A stretch of DNA of 32,000 nt, from the NCBI RefSeq assembly GCF_000009045.1, contig NC_000964.3:1770001-1802000 (forward strand), in the 5' to 3' direction. The DNA comes from Bacillus subtilis subsp. subtilis str. 168 (GTDB taxonomy: Bacteria; Bacillota; Bacilli; Bacillales; Bacillaceae). The notes under the pieces were generated by a model. That model was not told where the DNA came from. It was given only the letters and a program-made list of their open reading frames with translations, and searched no databases. The translations under genes were made by a program, and so were the position numbers. Below, one piece after another: positions 31,801-32,000 of the stretch (positions within the stretch are counted from its first letter, which is position 1; the number at the start of each line of letters is the position of its first letter).

Positions 31801-32000
31801 CGGCAGCCAATTCGTTTATGGATGCATTTGCTGAATACCGCCGTTCTCTTGCGGCATCAAAAAAGAGATTCGGCTCCACCATTTCCTTCAATTGGCCGTT
31901 ATGGGAAGAAGGCGGTATGCAAGTCGGCGCTGAAGATGAAAAGAGAATGCTGAAAACGACGGGAATGGTCCCGATGCCGACAGATAGTGGCTTGAAAGCA
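22806..32000 (+). CDS. pksJ: Hybrid NRPS/trans-AT PKS megasynthase PksJ, N-terminal 3065 codons (truncated by window edge)
   Basis: ATG 22806 after a GGAGG RBS; reading frame followed to the window end in the same phase, with AL, ACP, C, A, PCP, KS, DH and KR motifs at in-phase coordinates. Missing from the ORF track because there is no in-window stop. Confidence 0.93.
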   Translation, partial: MRNNDNIRILTNPSVSHGEPLHISEKQPATIPEVLYRTATELGDTKGIIYLQPDGTEVYQSYRRLWDDGLRIAKGLRQSGLKAKQSVILQLGDNSQLLPAFWGCVLTGVVPAPLAVPPTYAESSSGTQKLKDAWTLLDKPAVITDRGMHQEMLDWAKEQGLEGFRAIIVEDLLSAEADTDWHQSSPEDLALLLLTSGSTGTPKAVMLNHRNIMSMVKGIIQMQGFTREDITFNWMPFDHVGGIGMLHLRDVYLGCQEINVSSETILMEPLKWLDWIDHYRASVTWAPNFAFGLVTDFAEEIKDKKWDLSSMRYMLNGGEAMVAKVGRRILELLEPHGLPADAIRPAWGMSETSSGVIFSHEFTRAGTSDDDHFVEIGSPIPGFSMRIVNDHNELVEEGEIGRFQVSGLSVTSGYYQRPDLNESVFTEDGWFETGDLGFLRNGRLTITGRTKDAIIINGINYYSHAIESAVEELPEIETSYTAACAVRLGQNSTDQLAIFFVTSAKLNDEQMSQLLRNIQSHVSQVIGVTPEYLLPVQKEEIPKTAIGKIQRTQLKTSFENGEFDHLLHKPNRMNDAVQDEGIQQADQVKRVREEIQKHLLTCLTEELHVSHDWVEPNANIQSLGVNSIKMMKLIRSIEKNYHIKLTAREIHQYPTIERLASYLSEHEDLSSLSADKKGTDTYKTEPERSQATFQPLSEVQKGLWTLQKMSPEKSAYHVPLCFKFSSGLHHETFQQAFGLVLNQHPILKHVIQEKDGVPFLKNEPALSIEIKTENISSLKESDIPAFLRKKVKEPYVKENSPLVRVMSFSRSEQEHFLLVVIHHLIFDGVSSVTFIRSLFDTYQLLLKGQQPEKAVSPAIYHDFAAWEKNMLAGKDGVKHRTYWQKQLSGTLPNLQLPNVSASSVDSQFREDTYTRRLSSGFMNQVRTFAKEHSVNVTTVFLSCYMMLLGRYTGQKEQIVGMPAMVRPEERFDDAIGHFLNMLPIRSELNPADTFSSFISKLQLTILDGLDHAAYPFPKMVRDLNIPRSQAGSPVFQTAFFYQNFLQSGSYQSLLSRYADFFSVDFVEYIHQEGEYELVFELWETEEKMELNIKYNTGLFDAASISAMFDHFVYVTEQAMLNPSQPLKEYSLLPEAEKQMILKTWNATGKTYPYITFHELFEQQAKKTPDRAAVSYEGQTLTYRELDEKSTQLAIYLQAHGVGPDRLAGIYVDRSLDMLVGLLAILKAGGAYVPLDPSYPAERLEYMLEDSEVFITLTTSELVNTLSWNGVTTALLDQDWDEIAQTASDRKVLTRTVTPENLAYVIYTSGSTGKPKGVMIPHKALTNFLVSMGETPGLTAEDKMLAVTTYCFDIAALELFLPLIKGAHCYICQTEHTKDVEKLKRDIRAIKPTVMQATPATWKMLFYSGWENEESVKILCGGEALPETLKRYFLDTGSEAWNMFGPTETTIWSAVQRINVECSHATIGRPIANTQIYITDSQLAPVPAGVPGELCIAGDGVAKGYYKKEELTDSRFIDNPFEPGSKLYRTGDMARWLTGGRIEYIGRIDNQVKIRGFRIELGDIESRLSEHPGILECVVVADMDNLAAYYTAKHANASLTARELRHFVKNALPAYMVPSYFIQLDHMPLTPNGKIDRNSLKNIDLSGEQLKQRQTSPKNIQDTVFTIWQEVLKTSDIEWDDGFFDVGGDSLLAVTVADRIKHELSCEFSVTDLFEYSTIKNISQYITEQRMGDASDHIPTDPAAHIEDQSTEMSDLPDYYDDSVAIIGISCEFPGAKNHDEFWENLRDGKESIAFFNKEELQRFGISKEIAENADYVPAKASIDGKDRFDPSFFQISPKDAEFMDPQLRMLLTHSWKAIEDAGYAARQIPQTSVFMSASNNSYRALLPSDTTESLETPDGYVSWVLAQSGTIPTMISHKLGLRGPSYFVHANCSSSLIGLHSAYKSLLSGESDYALVGGATLHTESNIGYVHQPGLNFSSDGHIKAFDASADGMIGGEGVAVVLLKKAADAVKDGDHIYALLRGIGVNNDGADKVGFYAPSVKGQADVVQQVMNQTKVQPESICYVEAHGTGTKLGDPIELAALTNVYRQYTNKTQFCGIGSVKTNIGHLDTAAGLAGCIKVVMSLYHQELAPSVNYKEPNPNTDLASSPFYVVDQKKTLSREIKTHRAALSSFGLGGTNTHAIFEQFKRDSDKGKIDGTCIVPISAKNKERLQEYAEDILAYLERRGFENSQLPDFAYTLQVGREAMEHRVVFIADHVNELKQRLTDFINGNTAIEGCFQGSKHNAREVSWLTEDEDSAELIRKWMAKGKVNKLAEMWSKGAHIDWMQLYKGERPNRMSLPTYPFAKERYWPSQDDRKPVAQISGNQTGIGSIHPLLHQNTSDFSEQKFSSVFTGDEFFLRDHVVRGKPVLPGVAYLEMAYAAINQAAGSEIGQDVRIRLNHTVWVQPVVVDRHSAQVDISLFPEEDGKITFDIYSTQEDGDDPVIHSQGSAELASAAETPVADLTEMSRRCGKGKMSPDQFYEEGRSRGMFHGPAFQGIKNVNIGNREVLAQLQLPEIVSGTNEQFVLHPSIMDSALQTATICIMQELTDQKLILPFALEELEVIKGCSSSMWAYARLSDSDHSGGVVQKADIDVIDESGTVCVRIKGFSTRVLEGEVHTSKPSTRHERLMLEPVWEKQNEEREDEDLSYTEHIIVLFETERSVTDSIASHMKDARVITLNEAVGHIAERYQCYMQNIFELLQSKVRKLSAGRIIIQAIVPLEKEKQLFAGVSGLFKTAEIEFSKLTAQVIEIEKPEEMIDLHLKLKDDSRRPFDKQIRYEAGYRFVKGWREMVLPSADTLHMPWRDEGVYLITGGAGSLGLLFAKEIANRTGRSTIVLTGRSVLSEDKENELEALRSIGAEVVYREADVSDQHAVRHLLEEIKERYGTLNGIIHGAGSSKDRFIIHKTNEEFQEVLQPKVSGLLHVDECSKDFPLDFFIFFSSVSGCLGNAGQADYAAANSFMDAFAEYRRSLAASKKRFGSTISFNWPLWEEGGMQVGAEDEKRMLKTTGMVPMPTDSGLKA
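22860..24490 (+). other. PksJ acyl-ligase (AMP-binding, FAAL-like) domain
   Basis: LLLLTSGSTGTPKAVM (~23376-23425), WMPFDHVGGIG, ETGDLGF, C-terminal KTAIGKIQRTQL. Boundaries approximate. Confidence 0.85.
24580..24810 (+). other. PksJ first acyl carrier protein domain
   Basis: LGVNSIKMMKLI with Ser codon 24684-24686. Confidence 0.85.
24875..26200 (+). other. PksJ condensation domain
   Basis: PLSEVQKGLW and HHLIFDG (25269-25289), matching HHxxxDG. Confidence 0.9.
26260..27730 (+). other. PksJ adenylation domain, predicted glycine
   Basis: YVIYTSGSTGKPKGVM, FDIAALELF, MFGPTETTIWS, YRTGDMARW, NGKIDRN. Code read by eye as DILQLGMIWK. Confidence 0.88.
27770..27990 (+). other. PksJ peptidyl carrier domain
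   Basis: FFDVGGDSLLAV with Ser codon 27870-27872. Confidence 0.9.
28090..29365 (+). other. PksJ ketosynthase domain
   Basis: VAIIGISCEFPG, HANCSSS (Cys codon 28599-28601), EAHGTGT, NIGHLDTAAG. Confidence 0.92.
29920..30790 (+). other. PksJ dehydratase domain
   Basis: DHVVRGKPVLPG (HxxxGxxxxP; His codon 30012-30014) and DSALQ. Confidence 0.85.
30850..32000 (+). other. PksJ ketoreductase region (truncated)
   Basis: GVYLITGGAGSLG NADPH-binding motif; FFSSVSGCLGNAGQADYAAAN with Tyr codon 31797-31799. Confidence 0.85.

Overview
The window matches a Bacillus subtilis-type chromosome. It runs from the spoVS 3' end through tdh-kbl, miaB-ricA(ymcA), cotE, mutS-mutL and ymzD/ymcC (minus strand) into the first half of the trans-AT PKS/NRPS cluster known for bacillaene: pksA regulator, pksB, pksC, pksD, pksE, acpK, pksF, pksG, pksH, pksI and the 5' 9.2 kb of pksJ, which runs off the right edge. 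I identified the genes by recognising protein families and motifs in the translations; no database search was run. The large system here is already described, and I found no strong evidence for an entirely new one. The observations most worth following up are small-scale: (i) two copies of a 14-bp palindrome (AATACAGTTGTATT / AACACAACTGTATT) in the ymcC-pksA divergent region, one lying between candidate -35 and -10 boxes of pksA; (ii) a compact promoter + RBS + 27-codon ORF + terminator unit between mutL and ymzD; (iii) an unusual ~500-bp gap between pksC and pksD with an inverted repeat over a TTGACA box and a decayed-looking minus-strand frame; (iv) an 88-codon ORF with an ATGA overlap to pksC; (v) active-site substitutions in PksD and PksF. 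The supplied ORF track omits pksJ, the largest reading frame in the window, because it has no stop inside it.
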